Source: a virus
Taxonomy: Duplodnaviria > Heunggongvirae > Uroviricota > Caudoviricetes
Reading direction: 5' to 3' (one strand)
IMG/VR virus record: IMGVR_UViG_2795385619_000008
Location: 14,166-78,165 of that record
DNA length: 64,000 bases
Under the pieces are notes generated by a model that made no database searches, was not told where the DNA came from, and worked only from the letters and a program-made list of their open reading frames with translations. Both the position numbers and the translations under genes were made by a program. Shown here piece after piece: positions 8,001 through 16,761 of the stretch (the first letter of the stretch is position 1; every line of letters begins with the position of its first letter).

Positions 8001-10813
8001 GACTAAACGATTCGTCGCACATCGCAATCGGTCAGGACGGAAATGGTGTCATCACCACCGACCGTGACCCGAACGTTGACGACACCATTGGCTCCACTAC
8101 CCGGGTTCGCGACGGCCAGTATGAGACTCGCCTGACCGCAGATGCCACCGCACAGCTCTTGGACGTTCAGAAGTTCAAGGACGGCGGACTGGTCAAGGGA
8201 ATTGGTGGTCCTCGCGACGATATGAACCTGGTTCGCGTCTCGCCATACGAGCACATCACCAATGCAGACGCGGTGAGTTACTACGGCGTCAAGCTGTTTG
8301 ATGATCTGAACAACAAGCGAATCCCTCGCCACTTCGGTGGAGGATTCCCGTTCGACATTCCACAGCAGCCACCAACTCCCGTTCCGCTGCCAGCACCCGA
8401 CATCACATCGGCAATGCTTGGTCCGTCAGCTCCAGCTCCCGCCCCAGGTCCAACTGGTAACCCAGCGATCGATATCGCAATGGGTAGGCCAGCTCCTGCG
8501 CCACTTCCTGCACCACCTCCTCCGCCTGCTCCCGACCTCGCGCCAATCGGGCCGAAGCAGACCCTAAACCCGGGTGGTCCTCCGTCTATCGGTAAGCCCA
8601 CCCCACACCTCGATGACACGCCTGTCACTCCTGGGCCCGGTGCTGATCTCAGCATCCCAGGTGCAGATGTAGCCCTCGGCGGTGGAATCCCTGCTGTACG
8701 TGAGCCTTACGGACTTGCGCTTGGTTCTAACAGTCAGGGTTATGGCGGTCAGGGTGTCAAGTTCCCTGACTGGGTGAACCAGGTTGGTGCCGCGTTCGGC
8801 GTTAAGCCGTCCACTTACCCTGGCCACCAGGAAAAGGCTGGCCTGAACAAGGGAATCGACTGGTCCGGTCCTCCTGAGAATCTGCGCGCCTTCGCTGAGT
8901 ATGTGAAGTCTGTTCCAGGCATGGAGCAGGTCATCTTCATGGACCCGCGTGATGGAACGAAGATCGGCGTCGATCCTGGTGATCGCGGAGTGAACCAGTC
9001 GATTGAGGATTACTACCGCGATGACTGGGGTGGCCACACCGACCACGTGCACACTCGCCAGAGTTGGTCAATTCCAATGCCGGGTGGACCATCTGGTCTG
9101 CCGGGTGTGTACGAGCAGCTTCCCGGTGGATCCGGTTCGCCAAACCTATTGGCGGCATTGAAGACTCTGCCTGAGAACATCCAGCCAGTTTCGATCGCCA
9201 AGCAGGTAGGTCAGGTTGGCCTACAGGCGTTGGCTGGATTCTTTGGCTTGGACCTGTCATACCTACAGGCCGCTCAGTCCATCGGGAACTTCTACCTGGG
9301 CGACGACTCCAAGCAGAAGAAGGGCAACCCGCTTGACGGCTTCATGGGTGCCCTCAACGGAACTGGCGGGTCAGCCGGAACTGACGTGGCCGACCAGGCG
9401 ATGTCGGACTACACGAACGGTATCGCGGGGCTAAGCCCACAGTTGCAGCAGAAGCTTACGGCCAACGGAATGTCCTTTGACCCGAGCTCCAACAGTTCGG
9501 GTAAGGGTGCAACCCCTACGAGCGGGCTTGGCCAGTCGGTCACTAAGGAGCAGATCCACGCGCGCTACGGAGCTCTCATCGCGCAGATCTGTACCGCGAT
9601 GGGTGTGGATCCTGCGCAGTGGCAGAAGCCCCTTGAGGAGCAGATCTGGACCGAGTCGAAGGGCGACCCGTTCTCGATCAACCCCAATGACACGGACGGC
9701 AAGGGCGGTAAGCAGACCGTCCAGGGCCTATTCAACTTCCTGCCCACCACTTTCGATGCCTACAAGGTCGAGAACATTGGCTCGGGGAGCATCAATGACC
9801 CTGTCTCGCAGATCGCTGCGGCCATCAACTACACCACCAAGCGTTGGGGTGTTAACAAGGATGGATCGCCGAATCAGATTGGTCGCGGGAGTGGATTCGC
9901 CGATGGTGGGTGGGCCAACAATCTTGCATGGCTATCCACTGGCGAGTACCGCACGGGTGGAGACGCGACCCAGTACTACGGGCCCGCTCTGTTTGATGCG
10001 CTGAACAGCAAGAAGATTCCGCGCAATGCTGCCAAGGGATTCGCCGATGGTGGATTCCCGCTCTTCATTCCACCCCCACCTGCCCCTGGTGCCGGTGGAC
10101 AGACTCCTGGACCGCTTGACCTCGGACAGCCTGATCAGCCTGATCAGCAGCCGGGTGGCGTCACCGTGCCATCTATTGGTGCGGCTGGTGCGGTCCCATC
10201 GACCGGAGGTGCGCCAGGGCCAGGTGCGACTGCTCCCGCTCCTGACCCTGGTGCCCTCCCCACCGTCAATGACGCACTAGCTGAGGTGGGTGGTGCTGGC
10301 GCCGCTATGGGTGCTGGGCCACAGGAGGGCGACCCGGGAGCTCAGCCGGGTGCATCGCCAACCGATCAGCCTGACGCGCGCGCAACTCTGGGTGCTGCCC
10401 CCGCTTCGCAGGAGCACAACAACCCGAGCGTCTCGGGTGCGATCAAGGGCGCCGCAGGTGCGATCGGAAGCCTTGCTGCTACCGCCGCATCCATGGCAAC
10501 CAACATGGGCGCCCCCGGCGCTGGTGGTGCTGCAGGGCAGGGGATTCAGGCCGGATTCCAGATCGGTGGCCAGGCGATCTCTGGTGCCGTGAACATCCTG
10601 TCGTCCTTGATGGTTGGTACCGCTACAGGTGGATCCACCCAGTCGGCATCGGGCATTCCACTGATGCCACAGCGTCAGCCGCAGCAGACCGGTGTGCCGA
10701 AGTTGGTGAACGACAACCGCCAGTACCACGTCACGAACCTCGACGAGTTCAAGCGAGTTCAGCAGACGTCGGACGCTCAGGCAGCCATGCCATACATCCA
10801 GAAGTACGGCTAA
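5063..10813 (+). CDS. Tape measure protein of 1916 aa. It has a lytic transglycosylase-like domain, a second cell-wall hydrolase-like domain and Pro-rich linkers.
   Basis: Size and position. It carries an SLT-like motif (WTESKGDPFSINP...QGLFNF). Internal repeated segments of the form YYG..LFD.LN.K.IPR...GGFP occur. Confidence 0.9.
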   Translation: MAATLVGEAAIRIVPTLRGFKTEADRRLQAMKFDHIKIEFDPQLAKAEAQVQAWRQRQEHDAVTIPVRADLQTFRRDLSQVEHIFKRNSLSKALRLNVKVIGLDALPALAYAAGSAASGLDALAKSAFALPGLVGGALASVGALAVGLNGVGAAFKAYSSDSKDAASRAREIATANRSVESSYRSYGMAIRDTVREIQDLNAENRRSSLNVADAVLSVQEAADRIRAGGQRSLTELKRDQLSYLQALDHLQEVQTKAQRTAQDAADANAQGVEGADRVLDALDQIAKNTEALSASKISEVDKALGKLSPNMRATVQAIHGLSGAWQELQQGAQDSLAEGLDKQITDLGTKAIPGLSIGIRRTASGINAALKSALTSVAGNSNQGFLSSIFGNTDIFWRNMARGMDPLISGIIRLTKESSDFLPRIGNAFTAVFNRFDQFTQRVSADGSLDRWIDTGLKAVGDLGNSLLNIGGIVSSVATAFDKASGHKGGLISSLADGTKRLDEFLKSTRGQNLLAKYFDEARDFIDRLWDALKRIKGGIGDAVEAAREWSAAMLGTLGVFISSARWIEQHTHALSTLLKVYLTYRTVKPIIEGLTSTWKNYNKVVEAAARFEGTRNLPGVQSTARNLRIAKGEELPGLSSRQAREEALRFGEAVDRAGNRYDAFGRKLKDVEPKLTTTATAASNAGKSITNAGDAAGRAGEKIGGAGKASMLTRVGALAGALFGPLALTAAVGGAIMAIDKLGESHRKAAEDANRQRSALEDLKGAIDDVTGNLNAQGVSDTAQKAQKYAIPGLGDRNLFEDARRTGQVQSDAQLLAAMLPGNDAQRSQLLGAGQERLKSVIGSSEVWRGDADLWNERGIDLDTFVAGLRGDQTAKAKVDKAYNDILESHNIFSWMPAAINTPRISAGQATGSIPHDFTSVLKSTGTIDLAAPLIGLSDIPSSLGQHSADKRQVNEASNGQGRFKPGGRGGAIFGPFGGLNDSSHIAIGQDGNGVITTDRDPNVDDTIGSTTRVRDGQYETRLTADATAQLLDVQKFKDGGLVKGIGGPRDDMNLVRVSPYEHITNADAVSYYGVKLFDDLNNKRIPRHFGGGFPFDIPQQPPTPVPLPAPDITSAMLGPSAPAPAPGPTGNPAIDIAMGRPAPAPLPAPPPPPAPDLAPIGPKQTLNPGGPPSIGKPTPHLDDTPVTPGPGADLSIPGADVALGGGIPAVREPYGLALGSNSQGYGGQGVKFPDWVNQVGAAFGVKPSTYPGHQEKAGLNKGIDWSGPPENLRAFAEYVKSVPGMEQVIFMDPRDGTKIGVDPGDRGVNQSIEDYYRDDWGGHTDHVHTRQSWSIPMPGGPSGLPGVYEQLPGGSGSPNLLAALKTLPENIQPVSIAKQVGQVGLQALAGFFGLDLSYLQAAQSIGNFYLGDDSKQKKGNPLDGFMGALNGTGGSAGTDVADQAMSDYTNGIAGLSPQLQQKLTANGMSFDPSSNSSGKGATPTSGLGQSVTKEQIHARYGALIAQICTAMGVDPAQWQKPLEEQIWTESKGDPFSINPNDTDGKGGKQTVQGLFNFLPTTFDAYKVENIGSGSINDPVSQIAAAINYTTKRWGVNKDGSPNQIGRGSGFADGGWANNLAWLSTGEYRTGGDATQYYGPALFDALNSKKIPRNAAKGFADGGFPLFIPPPPAPGAGGQTPGPLDLGQPDQPDQQPGGVTVPSIGAAGAVPSTGGAPGPGATAPAPDPGALPTVNDALAEVGGAGAAMGAGPQEGDPGAQPGASPTDQPDARATLGAAPASQEHNNPSVSGAIKGAAGAIGSLAATAASMATNMGAPGAGGAAGQGIQAGFQIGGQAISGAVNILSSLMVGTATGGSTQSASGIPLMPQRQPQQTGVPKLVNDNRQYHVTNLDEFKRVQQTSDAQAAMPYIQKYG

Positions 10814-10857
10814 AGCGCTCTGCCGCTTCTCTTTTCATTGCCCTTCTACGGGAATTT

Positions 10858-11772
10858 GTGATGGACACTATCGATTACACGGCGAAGATTGAGATCTTCG
10901 GCGTTCACGGAGAGTACTTCTGTATCTCCGGGCCCGGTAAGGGCGAGCAGGGCGTTGATCTCATGCCCAAGCTCAAGGGAATGATCGATGCCCCGGTCAA
11001 GTCTCTGTGGCTCCCGGGTGCGTATGGACAGACCTTCGTCGACTTCCGCTGGGAGAGGCGCGACGTCGTCTTCACCGTCAACATCTTTGACGATGGTGGA
11101 GACGCAGAGGTCTGGCGCACGATCGATTCAAAGTGGCGCTTCGCATTTGACTATGTGCAGGAAGCAACTATCCGCTTCACCACCTCTGACGGATACCGTG
11201 ACCTGAAGGTTCGCCTCCTCGAAGAGCCCAAGGCGTACGAGGACGGCGGCTGGGAGGGCAAGGATCCAGCTCTCTACGCCTGCAGCACCGTAGTTATGAC
11301 CCTCGCTGCTGAGCTCCCTTTCTATGTCGGGCCTTCCGACTTCTACGAGTGGTCTGACGATACCGCAAGTGGCCGACAGACATTCAAGCTCGATGTGGAC
11401 TGCGATGTACCGGTCTGGCCGAAGTGGACCTTGACCGACCAGGCGCGGTGGCGCCTGCCTGATTTCTCTTTCGGGAACAAGGAATACGGGCGCGGCATCC
11501 AGGACTCGGGACGCACTGTCGAACTTCCATATCTGCCGAAGGGTGCTGGCTGCGTGGCCGATTCGGATCCACGAGTTCAGACCCTCATGGCAGCCAACAG
11601 GATCCACCTCCAGGGTCTCTGGAAAGGCAAGGATCTGCTGTATCCAATCGCTGGCGGCACCTATAGCCGCATCCCCGTTCAGGTCAAGGACGCTGTCGGG
11701 GGATTCCGCATGCTGCTCGAGGTACCTAAGTGGTACTCGCGCCCATGGAGCCGTCCTGTGGGGGCTGTATGA
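10858..11772 (+). CDS. Minor tail protein (distal tail, Dit-like).
   Basis: First gene after the tape measure. Confidence 0.55.
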   Translation: MMDTIDYTAKIEIFGVHGEYFCISGPGKGEQGVDLMPKLKGMIDAPVKSLWLPGAYGQTFVDFRWERRDVVFTVNIFDDGGDAEVWRTIDSKWRFAFDYVQEATIRFTTSDGYRDLKVRLLEEPKAYEDGGWEGKDPALYACSTVVMTLAAELPFYVGPSDFYEWSDDTASGRQTFKLDVDCDVPVWPKWTLTDQARWRLPDFSFGNKEYGRGIQDSGRTVELPYLPKGAGCVADSDPRVQTLMAANRIHLQGLWKGKDLLYPIAGGTYSRIPVQVKDAVGGFRMLLEVPKWYSRPWSRPVGAV

Positions 11773-13499
11773 GCCTAAGGACTCTCGACGAAATCGCAGG
11801 CATTAACGAGTCTGTCGAGTCGTACCGCCAGGAGTTGATGTGGCTCCGCATGGCCAAGCCCGTTATCTCCTTCTGGCGCAATAAGGAGGATGGTTCCCCG
11901 GGGCTGGAGTACTACGGGCGAGTCGACTACCGCGACACTATCAAGGCGTCGTTTCCATTCAAGAAGAACGTCTCCACGCAGGGTGTTCTGGAACTCCGCT
12001 TCGATCACTACATCTCGGAGTGGATGCGTTCCATTCCCGATGATCCGCACGCGCGCAAGAACGTCGTCATCCGTATCGACTTCTTCGGTGGCAAGCTCCG
12101 CTGGACTGGGCTGCTTCACCACCATGCCAAGAAGATGCGAGATGGCATGGCGTATATGGAATTAACGTTTAACGACGATCTCCAGTTCCTTCAGTTCCTT
12201 CTCGGCCCCCCGAACCCAGCCCTACCCATCCCGGTATTCCAGTGGCCAAGGGTGCTTCCCATCCTGGGACCGGCGAAGTGGGCCTGCTCAATCATGATCC
12301 TGATCAACCTGATTCGAGTACAGGCACCTATCTACCACCTGCCAGACGACCCATTCGACCTCAGTCAGTGGCTAGGGCTACTGCCTACCGAGTGGGAGAA
12401 CTGGCAGTGCCATATCAAGGCCAACCCACTGCCGCTTGACGATTCGTCGCTGTGGACAGTTCTCGGCACCCGCATGAACCCAATCGATTCGGTGATCGCG
12501 GATGCGCTTGAAGATGCCCAGCTCACTGTCAGGTGGAGGCGCTGCTTCTCCGATGAGGGCGAGACTGAGAACGGCATTCTCTTCGTTGAGAATCCCGCTA
12601 ACGGCGCCTTGATCTTTGAGATCGTCGACGACAGTGGGTACTACAACCCGATCCTGGGTGGCACCTTCCTCGGCGGAACTATTGCTGATGGCATGGTCCG
12701 CTCGGTCGTTCAGTACGTCGGTGGATTCATTGAGGACACCGCAACTGTTATCTCCGATGACGAGACGTACCACCCTGACGAATACTACGGGAGCGGGTGG
12801 CTTGCCACCTTGGCGCAAATGCCGTGGTTGGTTATCAGAGATTCAAGCTGGTCTCCGATCGAGACCAGCGAGCTCACGTGGAGTCCAGCCACCGCAGTGT
12901 CTGTGGTGGTCGGTGGTGATAACCCTGCGGCTGATGCCATCGCGCGCCTGATTATCGAAACCACCGGAAATATCCTGGGGTACTTCCTACTTGGTGGTTT
13001 CTCGTCGGCAGGCACTATCGCCGCAGACGTGATCATGCCATTCCTGGTTGGAACCATCGCGGCGTGGCTTGAGTGGAAGAACACTGGCCGTGCGAAGAAC
13101 CTCGGATGGGTTCACCTCTGGGAGCTGTACCAGCAGGGTGCTGAGAACAACTCTTGGTCGCTGTCGGCTCTAGCCGCTCTACGTGGTGGTTTCCTGGCGT
13201 CGAAGTCGGAGACCTCGCATACACTGTCATTGAGGGGCAACTCCTGGATTATTCCGGGTGCGCACTTCGCAATTGGTTCCCGTGTCGGCTCCACGAGCCG
13301 TGGCTACGGTGACCGCATTTTCGTTTCCCAGGTCGAAGAGATCATTCCTTCGTGGGATAACGCGTCCAACACGCCTGTGAGCGTCCAGGTCAAGATCGGC
13401 CAGAACAAGGCAGCGATGTCTGTTGGCGAGCGTCTTGCCCGGCTAACTAAGAAGATCAAGGACATCCTTCAGAACATTGGTGTCCACCTCATTAGCTAG
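11769..13499 (+). CDS. Minor tail protein.
   Basis: ATGA start-stop overlap at 11769-11772. 576 aa. Confidence 0.55.
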   Translation: MSLRTLDEIAGINESVESYRQELMWLRMAKPVISFWRNKEDGSPGLEYYGRVDYRDTIKASFPFKKNVSTQGVLELRFDHYISEWMRSIPDDPHARKNVVIRIDFFGGKLRWTGLLHHHAKKMRDGMAYMELTFNDDLQFLQFLLGPPNPALPIPVFQWPRVLPILGPAKWACSIMILINLIRVQAPIYHLPDDPFDLSQWLGLLPTEWENWQCHIKANPLPLDDSSLWTVLGTRMNPIDSVIADALEDAQLTVRWRRCFSDEGETENGILFVENPANGALIFEIVDDSGYYNPILGGTFLGGTIADGMVRSVVQYVGGFIEDTATVISDDETYHPDEYYGSGWLATLAQMPWLVIRDSSWSPIETSELTWSPATAVSVVVGGDNPAADAIARLIIETTGNILGYFLLGGFSSAGTIAADVIMPFLVGTIAAWLEWKNTGRAKNLGWVHLWELYQQGAENNSWSLSALAALRGGFLASKSETSHTLSLRGNSWIIPGAHFAIGSRVGSTSRGYGDRIFVSQVEEIIPSWDNASNTPVSVQVKIGQNKAAMSVGERLARLTKKIKDILQNIGVHLIS

Positions 13500-13544
13500 T
13501 GCTGTCCCACAGGCGTATTCGTGAGACAATAGAGGTAGGAGCAG

Positions 13545-14000
13545 ATGCCTCCAGTTAATGTTCATCCGCCTGACCCGGAAAGCCCTAAAGGGATGGCCTG
13601 GGTGCTTGGCGTCGGGATGGTTGATCCCCGCCCGGGTGCGAATCCAAACCAGGTAATGGCGATCGTCCAGTCTTGGGAACCCACATCTGAATTGTGGTGG
13701 GAACTCGGATTGCGTTGGCACCCAGAGCTTGCCACTAAGTGGGCAGTCGGTGGTGGCCAGTTCGCTGTAGCAGACATCGTCAAAGAGAAGCCTGAAGATT
13801 TCGGCGAAGAAACCAGCCTTAAGGCGAAAGCCGAAGAGGTTCTTGGGTATATCGCTGAAGAGCATCCCGAGTATGCGGAGCTTCTCAAGAAGATCAAGTC
13901 CGCTGGCTCTGACGAAGAGCGCGCCAAGATCTCCAAGCAGTTCGAGTCCGAGATCAAGAAGTTGATCCTGCTCACTGAATACATCAAGTCCAAGGAGTAA
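13545..14000 (+). CDS. Hypothetical protein.
   Basis: ORF with an AGGAGC ribosome-binding site. Confidence 0.45.
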   Translation: MPPVNVHPPDPESPKGMAWVLGVGMVDPRPGANPNQVMAIVQSWEPTSELWWELGLRWHPELATKWAVGGGQFAVADIVKEKPEDFGEETSLKAKAEEVLGYIAEEHPEYAELLKKIKSAGSDEERAKISKQFESEIKKLILLTEYIKSKE

Positions 14001-14003
14001 CCC

Positions 14004-15662
14004 ATGACGATGCCGACCGGCAGCGATCCGAGTGGGTATGACCTATCTGGACATGATGGCGGTGTTGTTGGTGCGGGACTTGGCAATCTAGCTGGTCGTC
14101 AGCGGGGGCCTATTGAGGACATGCTGAAGGCGCGTGTTCAGAACACCACGTCTCTGAACAACGCATCTGATGCGATCTTCCATGGGCTCAACGCTGCGCT
14201 CGGGTTGCCACTCGCGATTCTTGAGGCCTTGATCAACAGGCTATTTCCGGGGTTGAATATTGACCTCGACGGGGGAATGGAAGCATTCCTCAACAGCCTG
14301 AAGGAAGTTCCGCTCCTCGGAGACATCGTCAAGTGGATCACTGGCGTAGCCGATGGTGGAATCGCGGAGCTCAAGCTCTGGTTCGACAACCTGAAGCAGT
14401 TCCTCGCACATATCGATTTCAACTCGCCATCGTTCAATCCGCTTGCGGCAGCGGGGATCTTCATCGATATGATTCTGGCGCCGGTTGGGAAGCTTGCGAC
14501 CCTTATTGGTGGCTTGATCTCGGGCAGTGTTATTCCCGGCCTTGATGCTTCGAAGATCGTCTCTGGTCAGTTCGCGCAGAGCATGATCAACGGTCTGGGT
14601 AGTGCACTCAGTGGCATCAACTCGATGATCAATCAGGTCATTGACATCTTCCGTGGTGTCCTTGTCACTCCGATCAACCAGGCCCTCCAGGACGTCAAAG
14701 ACTGGTGGAATGCCATCACTGGCAAGACATCGCACCTGAATGGCGAAGGTGGCTTCGATGCCTCAAAGCTGGTTGGTGAGGTGGCGAAGAGTGCCGTTGA
14801 GGGTCTGGTAGACCTGGGGAACGCTGTTGTCGGGGGCTTTCAGGCGATCACCAATGGCTGGTTCGGAGGATCGTCCGCAACGGGCTCTCCCACCGAAGTC
14901 CGAACGACCGTCGAAGCTATTAAGCAAGCCGTCATCAACGGGTACACCGTGGACACCATCACGTCATCACGCTCCTACGACAGGCCTGCCGAGAACATCA
15001 CAGAACTGTTGGTGTGTGGGATTAACGCCGGTAGCTCAGGTTTCGGTGGACAGAGTGGGAACACTTCAGCGGGTGGCGTAGGAGGCTCCGGTGGACTGAA
15101 CGGTGGGTTTCTAGCCCTCAAGTTCAACCCGGACTCGATTACTTGGCCAGTCAATGTGACGATCGGAGTCAACGGGAACGATACGTCCTTCGGTCCTTAC
15201 TTGACGCCCACTTCGGGGGCGGGTGGTGTCCAAGGCGAAATCGCTTACGAGGCAACAGCGTCAACTCCCGGCAGCGGCGGTGCGGGTGGCACCGGAGGCT
15301 ACAAGGCCGGTACGTCAGCCAACTACGGCACAGCAGGTAGAACCGGAACCGCGACGGTAGCTGCTGGCGGGGGGACCGGTGGATCTGCTTCGGCCATGCC
15401 TGCTGGTAATGGAACCGCTGGAGATTCAGTCTCCGCAGGCGCCGAAACTAAGTGTGGTGGTGCCGGTGGTGGAGGTGGTGGAGGTGGAAACCCCACCGGC
15501 ACGCTGGCACAGGCCAAGGGCGGCAATGGTGGAGCCGGAGGTTACCCCGGTGGGGGTGGCGCTGGTGGAGGCGGTGGAGCCGGATTCAGCTCCGGTAGTC
15601 AGGGCTCAGGCGGCACCGGTGGTGCCGGTGCTAGCGGCGTTCTATGGGTGTTCTGGAAGTAG
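14004..15662 (+). CDS. Glycine-rich minor tail protein.
   Basis: The C-terminal half is poly-Gly (GGAGGGGGGGGNPTG...). Confidence 0.6.
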   Translation: MTMPTGSDPSGYDLSGHDGGVVGAGLGNLAGRQRGPIEDMLKARVQNTTSLNNASDAIFHGLNAALGLPLAILEALINRLFPGLNIDLDGGMEAFLNSLKEVPLLGDIVKWITGVADGGIAELKLWFDNLKQFLAHIDFNSPSFNPLAAAGIFIDMILAPVGKLATLIGGLISGSVIPGLDASKIVSGQFAQSMINGLGSALSGINSMINQVIDIFRGVLVTPINQALQDVKDWWNAITGKTSHLNGEGGFDASKLVGEVAKSAVEGLVDLGNAVVGGFQAITNGWFGGSSATGSPTEVRTTVEAIKQAVINGYTVDTITSSRSYDRPAENITELLVCGINAGSSGFGGQSGNTSAGGVGGSGGLNGGFLALKFNPDSITWPVNVTIGVNGNDTSFGPYLTPTSGAGGVQGEIAYEATASTPGSGGAGGTGGYKAGTSANYGTAGRTGTATVAAGGGTGGSASAMPAGNGTAGDSVSAGAETKCGGAGGGGGGGGNPTGTLAQAKGGNGGAGGYPGGGGAGGGGGAGFSSGSQGSGGTGGAGASGVLWVFWK

Positions 15663-15667
15663 GGAAA

Positions 15668-15988
15668 ATGCATACAGCTGAACTTATTTCAGAGTTCCTG
15701 CCGCAGTTCTGCCCGAAAACCAACCACTACCGATGCACTGATGGCGAAACGACTTGGTACCTACTGATCACGGTCGTGTCCCCGAATTCACTGGGCAACC
15801 TAATCGGTATCCCGGTGAGCATGCTTCGCATACCGAAGACGGTAGATGTCTTCCTCTCGGATGAGTACGCGGTAGTCCTAGACGCCGACTTCGACGCTGC
15901 CAATGGTCTAACCCCGCTGTGCCGTATCGATGCCTGCGCATCACATGAACAAGCCCTCGCTCTCATGGGATATGAATTGCAGGCCTAG
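15668..15988 (+). CDS. Hypothetical protein.
   Basis: ORF starting MHTAELIS after GGGAAA. Confidence 0.35.
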   Translation: MHTAELISEFLPQFCPKTNHYRCTDGETTWYLLITVVSPNSLGNLIGIPVSMLRIPKTVDVFLSDEYAVVLDADFDAANGLTPLCRIDACASHEQALALMGYELQA

Positions 15989-16003
15989 TTACTAGGAGTT
16001 TCT

Positions 16004-16285
16004 TTGTCGCTCAGGACATTCAAACAAGATCCTGACGCGGTTCTCGACTACACACTCAACTGGAGTGCCTGGCTCGCCCCTGGCGACACGATTACGTCTG
16101 CAACGGCGACGGTGTCCCCAGCTGGTGGGCTCACAGTCGGAACTGTCTCAAACACGGTTGACGCAGTGACTGTTTGGGTCTCTGGCGGTTCAGCCGCAAC
16201 TAAGTACGACGTCACCGTCCATGTCATTACGAACGGTGCTCGTGAGGATGACCGAACTTTCACGGTCGAAATCAAGGAGATGTAG
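16004..16285 (+). CDS. Hypothetical protein.
   Basis: ORF within the tail gene block. Confidence 0.4.
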   Translation: MSLRTFKQDPDAVLDYTLNWSAWLAPGDTITSATATVSPAGGLTVGTVSNTVDAVTVWVSGGSAATKYDVTVHVITNGAREDDRTFTVEIKEM

Positions 16286-16371
16286 GTGGACGAGCCTACT
16301 CAGATCGTTCTCGCTCTTTCGGTGTGGGCAGACGCCGAAGTTGAGCGCCCCAGTGATTCAAAGGATTCCGC

Positions 16372-16761
16372 ATGACCGTAGGACTTCACACTGCCAATCT
16401 TGCTAACAAGATTCTTGACCACCTATGTGGTGGAACTGCATGGGCCCAGCCCGGTGGATTGTGGGTTCGCCTGCACACCGCTGACCCAGGTGCTGCGGGT
16501 ACTGCTGCGGGATCTGCTGTAACTGCCAGGAGTCAGGCCACTTTCGCGGTCGCCGCCTCCGGGGCTATCGCCCTGACTGGCACCAACCCCTCCTGGTCGA
16601 TGACCGCAACCGAGACCATCACCCACATCTCAGTTTGGGATGCGAGCACTGGCGGCAACTTCCAGTGGTCGGCGGCGTTGTCGGTATCGAAGAACGTTCA
16701 GTCGGGCGACACCCTGACCCTTACGTCCTGCGGGTTGTCTCTAGGCCCACTGGCGGCGTAA
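16372..16761 (+). CDS. Hypothetical protein, possibly a minor tail component.
   Basis: The ORF abuts the next gene (stop 16759-16761, start 16762). Confidence 0.45.
   Translation: MTVGLHTANLANKILDHLCGGTAWAQPGGLWVRLHTADPGAAGTAAGSAVTARSQATFAVAASGAIALTGTNPSWSMTATETITHISVWDASTGGNFQWSAALSVSKNVQSGDTLTLTSCGLSLGPLAA

Noticed and set aside
11730-11768. An upstream Met start for the second minor tail gene.
   Set aside because: The ATGA start-stop overlap at 11769 is the classic coupled start.
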